From IMG/VR virus record IMGVR_UViG_3300036781_000303, positions 1 to 64,000 of that record: 64,000 bases of DNA. One strand, written 5' to 3'. The position numbers and the translations under genes were made by a program. Positions 46,139-56,418 of the stretch are shown here, one piece after another. This DNA comes from a virus. The notes below the pieces were generated by a model. It searched no databases and was not told where the DNA came from. It saw only the letters and a program-made list of their open reading frames with translations. Positions within the stretch are counted from its first letter, which is position 1. Each line of letters begins with the position of its first letter.

Positions 46139-47302
46139 CTAAAGTAGATCGTCAATGGCAGCGGCAGCGACATGCGCGCCGCGAAACTCGTTGGCATGCT
46201 GGGCTAGCTGTTTAGCCACAACTTGTGCTGCATTCAAACGGTTGTCATCGTCTTCGAGCATAAATTGCATGAAGTCGCGTTGCTGCTGATGACCTATCGC
46301 TTTGCTTACGCCGAGCTGCTGCAGCAAATAGGCATTCGTGATGTTCTCGACATGATAAGGCATGCACATTTGCGGTATGCCAGCGGACAAGGCAGCTTGC
46401 GCCATGCCAGCGCTACCATGATGCAGGACGAATGACGCTTGCTGCAGTTGCTCGCTAAGGTCGAAATCCGTGATGACCTGCATATTTCCGGTGCTCTTGT
46501 AGCTACCGTTGCGCACGTAAACCTTGAACGGTATGCCACTCAGACGAATGGCTGACACCAAATCATTAACGGCAGGGTACGCTTGCTGCAGATAGGCAAA
46601 GCCACGCAAATCGTGCACAGGTTCTTGCCAAGGCATCGACCAGATAGGTCCTACGCCACGATGGGTCAAGCTGCGATGTATACCGTAATGATCGAGCGCC
46701 GGGTAACAGAAAGGGATTAATCTCGTCGGTTGCAGCGCCTCAGCTGTGCTTGTGAAACGGCGATCGCTTAAGGCATGAATGGTTGCAAGCAACTTGGCAT
46801 CTGTGAACAAAGGCGTATTAGGCCAATGGTCGAACTGTGCGTAAGGGGCGAAGCCTTCGCGCATCTCAGGCAAGCCGAAGCTCGTACCTATACCGATGCA
46901 AGGACGATTGGCCAGCTTAGCCGCCAGCATGGCCACAGGGGCGGTCTCGGCTACAACGACATCGATGGTGCGCTCGAAAATGATATCGGCAAGACGCTGC
47001 GCCAGCGGCTGCAGTCGTTGCGAATCATCGAAAGCATGCAGACCAAGTACATCCAAAAAGCTGTTGGCGCGATAAACCTGCATGGGTTGCAGGTATTGAT
47101 TCAAGCTTGGATAGTGTGGCAGTACAAAGTGCTCGACTGCCCAGCCATGCTGTTGCACCAAGTGTGATGCTGTCGTTTGGCTGGCAGAAAGCGCGAATAT
47201 CGCCGTATGTCCTGCTTCGCGTAGAAGCTCAGCCACGGCCATGAGATTGCGCACGTGGCCGTGGCCGTCCCCTATTTCCCAGCAGCATAGAATGCGTGCC
47301 AT
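46139..47302 (-). CDS. GT-B glycosyltransferase (GT1/GT28-like)
   Basis: ILCCWEIGDGHGHV; VLHHGSAG..ALSAGIPQMCMPYHVE nucleotide-sugar motif. Confidence 0.8.
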   Translation of the reverse strand: MARILCCWEIGDGHGHVRNLMAVAELLREAGHTAIFALSASQTTASHLVQQHGWAVEHFVLPHYPSLNQYLQPMQVYRANSFLDVLGLHAFDDSQRLQPLAQRLADIIFERTIDVVVAETAPVAMLAAKLANRPCIGIGTSFGLPEMREGFAPYAQFDHWPNTPLFTDAKLLATIHALSDRRFTSTAEALQPTRLIPFCYPALDHYGIHRSLTHRGVGPIWSMPWQEPVHDLRGFAYLQQAYPAVNDLVSAIRLSGIPFKVYVRNGSYKSTGNMQVITDFDLSEQLQQASFVLHHGSAGMAQAALSAGIPQMCMPYHVENITNAYLLQQLGVSKAIGHQQQRDFMQFMLEDDDNRLNAAQVVAKQLAQHANEFRGAHVAAAAIDDLL

Positions 47303-49002
47303 CAGAACGTTACCCCTGTGCCAGGACCGGCACCAGTCAAGCTGTTGAGGGCTGCGACAGTAGCTGTCACGGGCCCGACGAAGGTCGATAGATCAGCCAT
47401 GTAGCTTTGTGTGGCCACAGTTACAACCTGGGTAGTCGTGCCATCTGTCAGTGTGACCTGGTAGCCAGCGAAGTATAGGCCCATCGCAATGCTGGCACCG
47501 GCACCTAGCTTACCCACACCTTGCCAGGTAAGGACCCCGGTCGTGCCATCGCGTCGAGCGGACAAGTAAGCTACTGGATACTCTACTTGCGCTTGACCCG
47601 TGTAGGTAAACGACGTCGTCGTGACGTCTGTATCCAAACCATTCAACGAGGTAGCGCGTATTGTCAGCGTGCGGCCAAGATAAGAAAGCTGCATCGGCAG
47701 ATAGGTCAAATCGCTGCGATCGAGCAACACGAAGCGCTCACCGATCGCGTGCGTTGTAGGCGCTGTTCCTTTACGGCCACGGAACCAATAGCCCAAATGC
47801 CATGTACCCGGTGTGCTAGTTTCTGTAGCGTCGCCGAACTGCAGGACCTCATTACCAATGATGGCCAGGTTGGTGCCGTTCTGCATTTGTGTCTGGCTGG
47901 CTGCTTCTAAACCGTCGTTAGGGTTGAGCAAGTCGACCATGCAGGTATTGATGTCATCGGGGTACTCAAGCGGATGCGTGCCCAAGCTCGATGCCAATGT
48001 GCCGCATACGGCCGGCGTCGTGACGTTGAAGCTTGAGAAGTACGACAAACCGCCATCAAGCGACACTTCGATAAGTGCACCTTGCCAACTATCGACAGAA
48101 CGGCCCAAAGCCAAATAACAACCCAGGCTGTCGTCGATGTCATTGATGATATGAATATCGATAGGTTCGATCGTAGTCAAACCTACAATAGCCGATGGCG
48201 GTGGCGTCGGAACGTACGTTGGGTATCCTTGTACGTTGCTCACATAGGCCGACTGGCGATCTGGCAACAGCTGGTAGTCTTGAGAGCCGTCGTTAGTGTC
48301 GACCTGCGTAATGCGCAAGCGCCACACCTTGCCGTTATATGGCAAGAAAATGTTGTCGCCACAAACCAACTGCAGCCATGTATCAGAAAGCGAGAAGTTG
48401 AATTGTGCTTTCGAGTTTTCGACCATCACTTGGTGATTGATCGTCACTACGCGTTTCGCTTCGTCAGCATTAAGAATAACGGCCGTCTGCAAGTCCTGGC
48501 TACCAGTAGCACGCGGGTCGCCGATACGCTGGCTGATCTGCAGCGATGTGGCCAGACCGCCGTCAACGTCGAAATAATTGAGATTCAATGTCTCAGGTAT
48601 AGATACGGTGTCGCCACGACTGGTCTGCTCTTGCATGGGGTCGTCAACACCCGTGCTTTGCTCGACAAGAATAAAGTCGTCCTGAGTGACAGTAGCAACG
48701 ACGTCTGCACCTCGCGCAACAAAGTGCACGATGCCATCATAATTCGATGGGTCGAACATGAAGATTTGCGCCAGCGACTGCAGCGACCCGGTGCACGGGT
48801 ATTGATTGATGACAGTAAAGCCACGGCACTGCAATGAGTGTAGCTGTGATGCATCGATCGTACGTGGGTCCATGCCCGCACGCTGCGCCAGTTCCATAAT
48901 GATGCTCTGCACACTATAGGTGCAGTAGCCATCAATGGCTGTCGTGGCATTACCGCCGAAGCTGCCACCACCAGAACCAGGCAAGTCGATCGAAGCTGTC
49001 AT
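47302..49002 (-). CDS. tail tip / central tail protein (C-terminal part)
   Basis: NLAIIGNEVLQF..RGRKGT..HAIGERFVLL GTA-like tail motif. Confidence 0.75.
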   Translation of the reverse strand: MTASIDLPGSGGGSFGGNATTAIDGYCTYSVQSIIMELAQRAGMDPRTIDASQLHSLQCRGFTVINQYPCTGSLQSLAQIFMFDPSNYDGIVHFVARGADVVATVTQDDFILVEQSTGVDDPMQEQTSRGDTVSIPETLNLNYFDVDGGLATSLQISQRIGDPRATGSQDLQTAVILNADEAKRVVTINHQVMVENSKAQFNFSLSDTWLQLVCGDNIFLPYNGKVWRLRITQVDTNDGSQDYQLLPDRQSAYVSNVQGYPTYVPTPPPSAIVGLTTIEPIDIHIINDIDDSLGCYLALGRSVDSWQGALIEVSLDGGLSYFSSFNVTTPAVCGTLASSLGTHPLEYPDDINTCMVDLLNPNDGLEAASQTQMQNGTNLAIIGNEVLQFGDATETSTPGTWHLGYWFRGRKGTAPTTHAIGERFVLLDRSDLTYLPMQLSYLGRTLTIRATSLNGLDTDVTTTSFTYTGQAQVEYPVAYLSARRDGTTGVLTWQGVGKLGAGASIAMGLYFAGYQVTLTDGTTTQVVTVATQSYMADLSTFVGPVTATVAALNSLTGAGPGTGVTF

Positions 49003-49003
49003 G

Positions 49004-49579
49004 TCAGTTGCTCACTTCCCATTGAAATCGATAGCCCACTGAAAAACCAACACGTAACAGATGGCCGCCTACGTCGGTTTTGAGTACGTGCTCAGTCGCG
49101 AATCGCTCGCGTTGCTGGCGCATACACAAATTGCCACTATTGATATACGACAATAGGATATCGCTGTTACCCAAGTTGAACTGACGTTTGTCGTCCAACG
49201 CGACTTTAGGTGTTGTGCACCCAGCAGGTAAATCAAGAATGCTGAACTCACCGGCTACAGTGTCCCACCAGTAAAGGTGTGCGCCTGTAGCATCAACGAA
49301 TGAAAACGATGGGCGCCCATTCTGATCGAATGTAATGGAAAGTTCGGTTACACCCGGTGTGCTGTAAACGACCACAGGTGCCACGCCAGGTGCGTCATAG
49401 ACAATGTCGGCGTTATTGACGTAGCGACCACGCCACTGCTTAGCGAAGAGTCCCGCTGTTGTATCAGAGATAGCCACAGGTCCATTGTCATAGTCGACGA
49501 GCGCCTGCGGCGCAGCGTCCCGTGGCGACAGGAACGATGTAGGTACTGCTACAGGCGATAGGACGTTATTCGGAATCAT
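49004..49579 (-). CDS. virion structural protein
   Basis: GPVAISD..FDQNGRP..RQQRERF; tail module. Confidence 0.65.
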   Translation of the reverse strand: MIPNNVLSPVAVPTSFLSPRDAAPQALVDYDNGPVAISDTTAGLFAKQWRGRYVNNADIVYDAPGVAPVVVYSTPGVTELSITFDQNGRPSFSFVDATGAHLYWWDTVAGEFSILDLPAGCTTPKVALDDKRQFNLGNSDILLSYINSGNLCMRQQRERFATEHVLKTDVGGHLLRVGFSVGYRFQWEVSN

Positions 49580-50559
49580 ACAGCTGCCCAGCTGATCGTG
49601 ATCGGCCAACTATACGTTTGCGTGGTCAAATAGGTTTGCGCTGACGCAAGCAGCAATTGGAATGAAAACCACGTAAAAGCAAACGTTGCATATTGAAAAT
49701 TGACAGGGTGGCCGGTTGTGAGCGTGTGCGTGGCTACAATCTGATGTGTACCGGCCGTGTAAGAACCGAGAACAGCAGTACCAGCCGGCTGCCACGTAGC
49801 AGAGCCGCTTACGTTGGGTTGCGATGTGACGGCGGCAAATGACGATGCATTGCTTATGCCCGAAAACCACCCAGGAAACGAGCCACCTGTGTTGACAGCT
49901 ATCTTTGGTCGTTGGTTTGAGAATGGCGACGCCGAGCCCGACGCCATGCCGATGGGGCGAATCGTATAGTTAACGGCTACTGACGCGCCATCTGTGATGA
50001 CGTTCAATGTGCCAGTGATATCGGCAGTCATGATGGTTTGCAGCTGATACGTAACAATCAGCTGATCGGTCGACAACAGCGTTATCGTACCTGGCGAGCC
50101 GCCCACTTGAATAAGCGCACGGCTAAAGACACGACCTGTCGCATTTTCACTAGCCAGTAGCGCACCAATTTCTGCAATGTTGCCGACAGCGCCGCCTACA
50201 GAAAAAGTGAATACATAATTGTTCTGTACGACGTAAGGCGCGACTGTGCTTGGAAACGTCAGCGTGCTCGACGTGAGATTGGTAGTAAAGCCGATGCCGG
50301 CGCCTAGCGTCGTATTGCCTGCAGCTGGCGCGGTATTGCTCGTGCCGACCGCAATACCTGCAATGCAGTTGCCGTTGACATTCGATGGCGGTCCACTACC
50401 AATGGCATCGAGACCTTGATTGACCACAAGGTTTTTGGTCTTGTAGAAATCTCGCGTGCCATCAGCGTGCTTGACCTGCAAAAGAAAAATACCACGCAGC
50501 CCAAGCTTGATGTGCGGTGGACCGAATTGCTTTTTGATTGATTCGCGATGGCGGGTCAT
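49576..50559 (-). CDS. Ser/Thr-rich virion structural protein
   Basis: NLVVNQGLD..VGT..GNIAEIG..FSRAL pattern of tail proteins. Confidence 0.7.
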   Translation of the reverse strand: MTRHRESIKKQFGPPHIKLGLRGIFLLQVKHADGTRDFYKTKNLVVNQGLDAIGSGPPSNVNGNCIAGIAVGTSNTAPAAGNTTLGAGIGFTTNLTSSTLTFPSTVAPYVVQNNYVFTFSVGGAVGNIAEIGALLASENATGRVFSRALIQVGGSPGTITLLSTDQLIVTYQLQTIMTADITGTLNVITDGASVAVNYTIRPIGMASGSASPFSNQRPKIAVNTGGSFPGWFSGISNASSFAAVTSQPNVSGSATWQPAGTAVLGSYTAGTHQIVATHTLTTGHPVNFQYATFAFTWFSFQLLLASAQTYLTTQTYSWPITISWAAV

Positions 50560-50570
50560 GGCGATATTTC

Positions 50571-51584
50571 CTAGTGCGTGGTTATCGTGATGTTACCTGG
50601 CGTCATACCGAAGGTAAGCGCTTCTGTATCGGAATAAGGAATGACGATGGTGTTGATAGTGATATCACCAGGCGTCATGCCAAACGTCAGTTGTTCTGGC
50701 GGATCGGTGTAATTCTTTACAATGGTATGGATCGTAATGTCGCCGGGTGCCATAGTGAAGCTAACTGACTCAAGCGGCGAGTACGGCACAACCGTAGAAT
50801 GAATCGTGATGTCACCAGGCACCATGGCAAAGCGCATACCCTCAGTCAATTCATAATTGACCTGTTGAGTATGAATCGTAATGTCGCCAGGAACCATGGC
50901 AAACGACAACGATTCAACGTTTTGCTGGTCGTACAATTCAGACGTGTAGATCGTCCCTTCGCAGCGCAGCACTTGAAAGGTGTATTGAGGAACTGCGCCA
51001 CCTTGATTCGTCAGGTCGATGTCATGCCATGCGATGTATGCTGTACCACGCATGGCGGGCACGTTGCCTACACCGAACAGCGCTTCTAGCTCAGCGCTAG
51101 GCATCTGATCGAACGTGCCAAGAAATATCTTGGCATTCTGCAAAAACTTCGGGTTGTTCGCATTCTCATGACCAGGTCGAACGTCATAGACCAGCTTGCC
51201 GTTGGTCCATACGCGCATCACTGCCGTGATAGGACCTTCGCAGATGCCCACAGCGTAGGTGCGCAGCACGCTCTGACTTGTGGTAACAGGACCGCCTTTA
51301 CCCTGACTGTTGCGATGCGTGATGATCTTCGGTTCGCTGCACGCCACAATATTGCCGCTGATCGGTTGCGACAACGCGAACACGATCGGACGAGGTACAC
51401 CCTCTTGCGATGTCTGTTGCGCAATATCACCGATCGACGGACCGCGGATAACGAGCGGGTCAACCGCATTGCCGATGGCGCTACCAATCGCCCAGCCGAT
51501 CTGTGCGCCCTGCGCCGTATTACCGGACATCGAGCCGATATAAGCGCCAACAACTGCACCGACTACGGCGAAAACTTGGCGCAT
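50571..51584 (-). CDS. tail tip protein (N-terminal part) with five C-terminal ~24-aa repeats
   Basis: TYAVGICEGPI..VPAMRGTAY; ExxxFxMxPGxITI five times. Confidence 0.75.
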   Translation of the reverse strand: MRQVFAVVGAVVGAYIGSMSGNTAQGAQIGWAIGSAIGNAVDPLVIRGPSIGDIAQQTSQEGVPRPIVFALSQPISGNIVACSEPKIITHRNSQGKGGPVTTSQSVLRTYAVGICEGPITAVMRVWTNGKLVYDVRPGHENANNPKFLQNAKIFLGTFDQMPSAELEALFGVGNVPAMRGTAYIAWHDIDLTNQGGAVPQYTFQVLRCEGTIYTSELYDQQNVESLSFAMVPGDITIHTQQVNYELTEGMRFAMVPGDITIHSTVVPYSPLESVSFTMAPGDITIHTIVKNYTDPPEQLTFGMTPGDITINTIVIPYSDTEALTFGMTPGNITITTH

Positions 51585-52003
51585 GGCCTAAAAACCTCCA
51601 CGATGCATTGCACGAATCGATCGTCAAGTGCGTGCTCGACGCACCCATTTACATTCTCGCAATGTATCAGTGATAAGCCACCATACGGATAGTCACCCAT
51701 GATGGCCACATGGGTAGGCTCGCCAGGACGCCAGCGAACCAAAGCAACGTCACCTGGTTGCCATGGCTTGTCCACAGGCTCACCCAGACGGTCCACGAGG
51801 GCGGCGCGTAGCCGGCCCTCCCAAGGCTCACGCCCATAATGCGCCTCGTCAGCAAACGGCCAGCCAGCTGCCCTGGCAGACAGCACGAGCAAGCCCACGC
51901 AATCGAGCGCCCAGGGCTTGCGCCCGCGATGACGCCATCTGGCGCCCTTGAGGCTTCGCGCATGGGCAATGAAGATGCGCACCTGGCGCTCGGCGGGTGT
52001 CAT
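51563..52003 (-). CDS. NlpC/P60 tail peptidase
   Basis: WRHRGR..LDCVGL..PGDV..HVAI..LIH. Confidence 0.85.
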   Translation of the reverse strand: MTPAERQVRIFIAHARSLKGARWRHRGRKPWALDCVGLLVLSARAAGWPFADEAHYGREPWEGRLRAALVDRLGEPVDKPWQPGDVALVRWRPGEPTHVAIMGDYPYGGLSLIHCENVNGCVEHALDDRFVQCIVEVFRPCAKFSP

Positions 52004-52908
52004 AGCTGTGCACCTGGTATTTGAATCGATGCCGTGTCGCCTACTGGGATAAGGGTCTCGGCTTTCATATTGAGGAAGTTATCGTAGGCGTCGCAGTTGG
52101 TCTTGGTCTTGTCGCAATCAGGTCGAATACGACCCGTGTCACCAACGACAATTGGGTACGGAAGTGTTTCCATCATCGATACGGTCTGTGCACCACTACT
52201 GTCGATATCGAACGATTCAACAGCAACGAGCTTGCCGGCGCTGGCGCCTGTCAGCCATTGAATGCGGCCAGGATAAAAAGGGTGTGCAGAGTCATCTAAG
52301 CCAGCAGTGTCGAAGGTGCGGTCGTTCTCAGCGCCCACGGCTGTCACAGTGAAGTTTTGCCACAATGCGTCAGCATTGATGCCGCAGCCACGCTGCTGTG
52401 CTGCATACGTGCCAAACTCTGCACGACATGTACGTGAGTAAACATCGCCTACGTTCTGCGTCAGGCGAACGATGTAAGAAAGCAGCTCAGGTATCCACAG
52501 CATGCCGTATTGGACGCGCACCTGGCCGACATCGCCGGCATCGAGAATGACGGCGCTTCCAGTGATGGGCGTGACGTAGTTAACATAGTAACAAATCCAT
52601 TGCGCGCCATCGAGCGCACCCGCATTTACCATGGCTTGTGTAACACCCGGTATGTCGTTGCTGATCAACGCATAGCCTTCGGCGTTGTCAACGCTATAGC
52701 CGACGTCGGCGCTAAACGTGGTAGGGTCGAAACCGTTCGTGGCAACGTAGGTGACCGCACCGTCGCCATGATCATACGTGACGTCACGATTGGACATGCA
52801 TATGCCGTAGCTCGTGCCATCGACAAGCAATATGCGCAACACACGCGTTAGCGTCGACGCATTGCTACTGAGGTCGAGTCGAATCGGCGTGGGTATATTG
52901 CGGCTCAT
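52000..52908 (-). CDS. baseplate hub / minor tail protein (DUF2163-like)
   Basis: SRTCRAEFG..CDKT..C..YDNFLN Cys motif. Confidence 0.8.
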   Translation of the reverse strand: MSRNIPTPIRLDLSSNASTLTRVLRILLVDGTSYGICMSNRDVTYDHGDGAVTYVATNGFDPTTFSADVGYSVDNAEGYALISNDIPGVTQAMVNAGALDGAQWICYYVNYVTPITGSAVILDAGDVGQVRVQYGMLWIPELLSYIVRLTQNVGDVYSRTCRAEFGTYAAQQRGCGINADALWQNFTVTAVGAENDRTFDTAGLDDSAHPFYPGRIQWLTGASAGKLVAVESFDIDSSGAQTVSMMETLPYPIVVGDTGRIRPDCDKTKTNCDAYDNFLNMKAETLIPVGDTASIQIPGAQL

Positions 52909-53510
52909 TCGTCGAACACCTCAATAAGATCGACGCTACCGTTGATAAGAAAATCGCCACCACCTGTCTTGTTGTCGATCGAGATATTCAGCATGTCGTT
53001 GTTGAAACGCACAGGCACCCAAAACGAACCAGACCAGCGACCGATGGCACCTATGGCAGGTGCCACGGCAAACGTCACCAGGCCGGTCGTTAGATCGATG
53101 GTAGGTGACGCTGCAACGTTGTTGACGGTAATAGCCACACCTGGCATGGGCTTGCGAATAAACCGCGTATACGAAGCTATTCCAAAAGAACTTATTTTCG
53201 CCAGCTGAAACACGGTACTTACGCCGTCACCTTCAAAGAACACCTCGTCGACAGCTTCGTTATCGCTGTAGTCCTTAACTTTGAAGCTGTGTAGCTGGCC
53301 GCGACATGCCATGAAGACTTGCTTAAGTTGAAGCAAATAAGCGTCGTCCAGAATGTTCTGCAGTGGCAACGTGTAGCTATGCCGACACTCGATGTTGTTG
53401 GCGTTACGACGTTCAACCCATGCCTGCGTCGTGATGACGCGTGTGTTGAACGATGGACCACCTTGCCAGCCGAAGCCGGGGCAAAGGTCTAATTCAGCGT
53501 CGATGAACAT
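52905..53510 (-). CDS. distal tail protein (DUF2460-like)
   Basis: GGPSFNT..ERRN..RGQLHSF..GDG..VPVRF. Confidence 0.85.
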   Translation of the reverse strand: MFIDAELDLCPGFGWQGGPSFNTRVITTQAWVERRNANNIECRHSYTLPLQNILDDAYLLQLKQVFMACRGQLHSFKVKDYSDNEAVDEVFFEGDGVSTVFQLAKISSFGIASYTRFIRKPMPGVAITVNNVAASPTIDLTTGLVTFAVAPAIGAIGRWSGSFWVPVRFNNDMLNISIDNKTGGGDFLINGSVDLIEVFDE

Positions 53511-56059
53511 TAGACCAGCCTCTGTGCAAGTCGCTGTTGATAAGAAAGCTTATTGGCGATTTGATTCTGCGTTTTCTGTGAGGTAGGTGCGGCCAAGTAG
53601 AAATTGTTGTTCTGCGATACACCAGCACGACTGATACGATCGTTAGGCGTGATGCGGCCGTTCTGGCCACCCATCATGAGGTAATCCTTACCACCTACGG
53701 TAAGTAGCTCGGGACCGCGCTCATTGACGCGGCTGATGCTATTGGACGGCGCTAGGCCACCATTCGCATGGCCGAAAAAACTACCGCTACCACCGAAACC
53801 GCCACCACCTAGAAAATCACCTATGGCACCGAAGATGCCGCCACCACTGCCGCCCGACGAGTCGCCGATACTAAACAGTGACTTCAATAGCTGCTTACTC
53901 ACAGCCTGGTCGATCTGCTGTTCAAAACTCTGCAAGAAGCTCTTCAATGCATCGGATGCTGATTTGGTACCCGATATGAAATCAGACAGCGAACTAGATG
54001 CACCGTTGAAAAAGTCTGTCGTCAGGTCGTTGGCAATTTTCGCAACATTGTTCTGCTGCGCCAAGAAATTATGCCACGCTTGCGTGACGCCATTCATCCA
54101 ATCTGCTTGAGCATCAGCCACCGCAACCTGGCCGTCCTTAGTGGTCTGCAGAACATCGGCCCAATACTGCTTAAGGTCAGCCAGGCGCTTGGTCGTTTGC
54201 ACGTCGCCTTCGCCAAGCAAAGCGCTATTTTGCTTTGTGTAGTCGGTAACCGCCTTAGCGCCTTGCGCGATGACGTTGTTTATCGCGGCTTGGTTGGCAG
54301 CTTCTTGCGTGCCTAGACCAATCGACTGCACTTGCAAGGCAATCTTGTCCTTTTGCGCATCGAGCTGTGCATTCAAGGCATCTTCGTAATCCTTGGTTGC
54401 CTTGATTGGTGCTGCAAGATCGTTGGCCAACTTCTGTTGTGCACTGCTAACGCCTTGCGCAACGAGGTTTTGTACTTGCACAACGTTCGCACCCGCCTTG
54501 ATAGCTGCAGCACCGAGCTGATCGATTTGGCGCACGGTATCGGCATACGCAGAATATGCTTTTTGTGTTGGGTCCGTTGATTCATTGACCTTGGCCACAG
54601 CGTCGCCCAGGCGTTGCATGGCGGCAGCAATCTTATCGGCTTGAGCTGCACCTTCGGGGTTCAGTGCAGCTTGAATACCTTTAAGCGTGTCGCGACCATT
54701 GAAATTCTGCGACAGCTTCGCGATGGCAGCAGAAATAACGCTCTGCACTTGCCCGACGTCTTCGCCTGCTTTCACAGCAGCGCCACCCAAGGCAGCAATT
54801 TGTGCAGCAGTGGAAGAAAAGGCTTTACTCGATTTGACGTTACCCGTGGCTAGATCGTTGACCTTTTGCGAAAGATCGACAACGCCTTTCGTCGCATTCT
54901 TGATCGGCGCAGTCAACGGGTCATTGAGGTTGTGTCCCATGCGGTCAAACGCGGCATTCATCTTGTCGACGGCATCCGACCACGACTTTGCCACAGTGTC
55001 TGATGCAGCTTGCGCGTCTGTTGCGATGTTGTGGGTATTAGACGCTGCAGCAGCCTGCGCTACTTTTAAAGCAGCGGCTGGGTTAGTCACAGCAAGACTC
55101 GCGATATCTGCGTAGTCTCTAAAGTGTTGGACGCCATTGGCGATAGCGACGGTCAATGTTTCGATGGTCGCTTGAATGAACGCAAAACCTGCCGCTACAG
55201 CATTAGCCACAAGTTCGAGACCGCGCAACGCGCCGGCCAGACCTGTAGCGATATTCTCTACGTCTTGCTGATTCTTGGCGATACCAACGAGTGAGTTAGT
55301 CCAATCGTTGAGGGTAGGCAGCAACGCCTGTACAAGCTGGTTCTTAAGACCTTGCGTAGCCAAGGTCAGTTCGTTCATGTTGTCGTCGAACTTCGCGGCT
55401 GCTTCGGCCGCTTGGCCGGCAAGCGCAGCACCTAAGGAGATAGCATCCTCTTCGGCTTCTTTCATACCCTCACTACCCTTTTCAAGAAAAGGAATAAGGT
55501 TCTGATAGTTTTTACCGAAGAGCTCGATGCCTGCTGCTGTCGTCGTACTGTTAACGCCCAGCTCTTTAAGCCTGTCGGCGTAGTCTGACATTACGTCCTG
55601 TGTGCTACGCAGATTACCGCTGACATCCGTAATACTGATGCCCAATGCCTTAAACAGTTTGGCTTGCTCACTTGAGCCGTTAGTTGCTTTGCCCAGGGTT
55701 GCAGACAGGCGCGTTAGCGTGGTGGTCAGGTCGTCCGTGCTGACGTCAGACAGTTTAGCCGCGCCTGCCAGCGCGCTGAACTGTTCAACAGGCAAACCTA
55801 CTTTCTGTGCTGACTTGCCTAGTTGATCCATCTGTTCGATGGCTTCTTTGACGCCATCAATAAGTGCATCAACGCCGACTGTGATGCCGGCAAATTCGAG
55901 AAGCTTCGCTATGTTCTCAGAGAACTCGCCGACATCCTTTTCAATTTCATTCAAACTTTTTTGCGCAGCGCGGGAAGCTTTAGACATACCGTCTATAAAG
56001 CCGCCAATGTTGGCAATCAGGTCTAGCGTCAATGAACCTAGTGAGCGTGAGCTAGCCAT
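53510..56059 (-). CDS. tail tape measure protein
   Basis: 849 aa, Ala-rich helical; SLGSLTLDL N-terminus; VNERGPEL C-terminus. Confidence 0.92.
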   Translation of the reverse strand: MASSRSLGSLTLDLIANIGGFIDGMSKASRAAQKSLNEIEKDVGEFSENIAKLLEFAGITVGVDALIDGVKEAIEQMDQLGKSAQKVGLPVEQFSALAGAAKLSDVSTDDLTTTLTRLSATLGKATNGSSEQAKLFKALGISITDVSGNLRSTQDVMSDYADRLKELGVNSTTTAAGIELFGKNYQNLIPFLEKGSEGMKEAEEDAISLGAALAGQAAEAAAKFDDNMNELTLATQGLKNQLVQALLPTLNDWTNSLVGIAKNQQDVENIATGLAGALRGLELVANAVAAGFAFIQATIETLTVAIANGVQHFRDYADIASLAVTNPAAALKVAQAAAASNTHNIATDAQAASDTVAKSWSDAVDKMNAAFDRMGHNLNDPLTAPIKNATKGVVDLSQKVNDLATGNVKSSKAFSSTAAQIAALGGAAVKAGEDVGQVQSVISAAIAKLSQNFNGRDTLKGIQAALNPEGAAQADKIAAAMQRLGDAVAKVNESTDPTQKAYSAYADTVRQIDQLGAAAIKAGANVVQVQNLVAQGVSSAQQKLANDLAAPIKATKDYEDALNAQLDAQKDKIALQVQSIGLGTQEAANQAAINNVIAQGAKAVTDYTKQNSALLGEGDVQTTKRLADLKQYWADVLQTTKDGQVAVADAQADWMNGVTQAWHNFLAQQNNVAKIANDLTTDFFNGASSSLSDFISGTKSASDALKSFLQSFEQQIDQAVSKQLLKSLFSIGDSSGGSGGGIFGAIGDFLGGGGFGGSGSFFGHANGGLAPSNSISRVNERGPELLTVGGKDYLMMGGQNGRITPNDRISRAGVSQNNNFYLAAPTSQKTQNQIANKLSYQQRLAQRLV

Positions 56060-56418
56060 CAGGACGTCCCTATACGCTTAAATGCTTTCAGTGCTGCGCT
56101 AAAGGCTATGCCTTCACCATCTTGTTCATCGCTCGCAGCGTCGTCACTTTTGCGAACATGTTGCGTAAAGTCGTCCATGGTGTAGAGCGACCTATCATCC
56201 TTGCGTAGACCAAAACCGCGTGCAAGAAGCCAAGCCAGCAAAGCAAAGCCAACTTCCATTCGAATGCCTAAATTGGATGAACCACGAGCGTTGAAATAGC
56301 TCGCCCAATCTTCGGCTTCATCAACTGTCAAATTAAACTTTGCTTCTTCGATCGTTTTACCGCCGATGCCGTTCAACACTAATTCGTGCCAGAACTCGTC
56401 GGCGGCTGTGAGTTTTTT
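56059..56418 (-). CDS. tail assembly chaperone gpT-like frame (reached by -1 frameshift)
   Basis: -1 frame reads KLTAADEFWHELVLNGIGGKTIEEAK. Confidence 0.8.
   Translation of the reverse strand, partial: KKLTAADEFWHELVLNGIGGKTIEEAKFNLTVDEAEDWASYFNARGSSNLGIRMEVGFALLAWLLARGFGLRKDDRSLYTMDDFTQHVRKSDDAASDEQDGEGIAFSAALKAFKRIGTS

Noticed and set aside
48082-48837. 251-aa plus-strand ORF
   Set aside because: Antisense to the tail-tip gene
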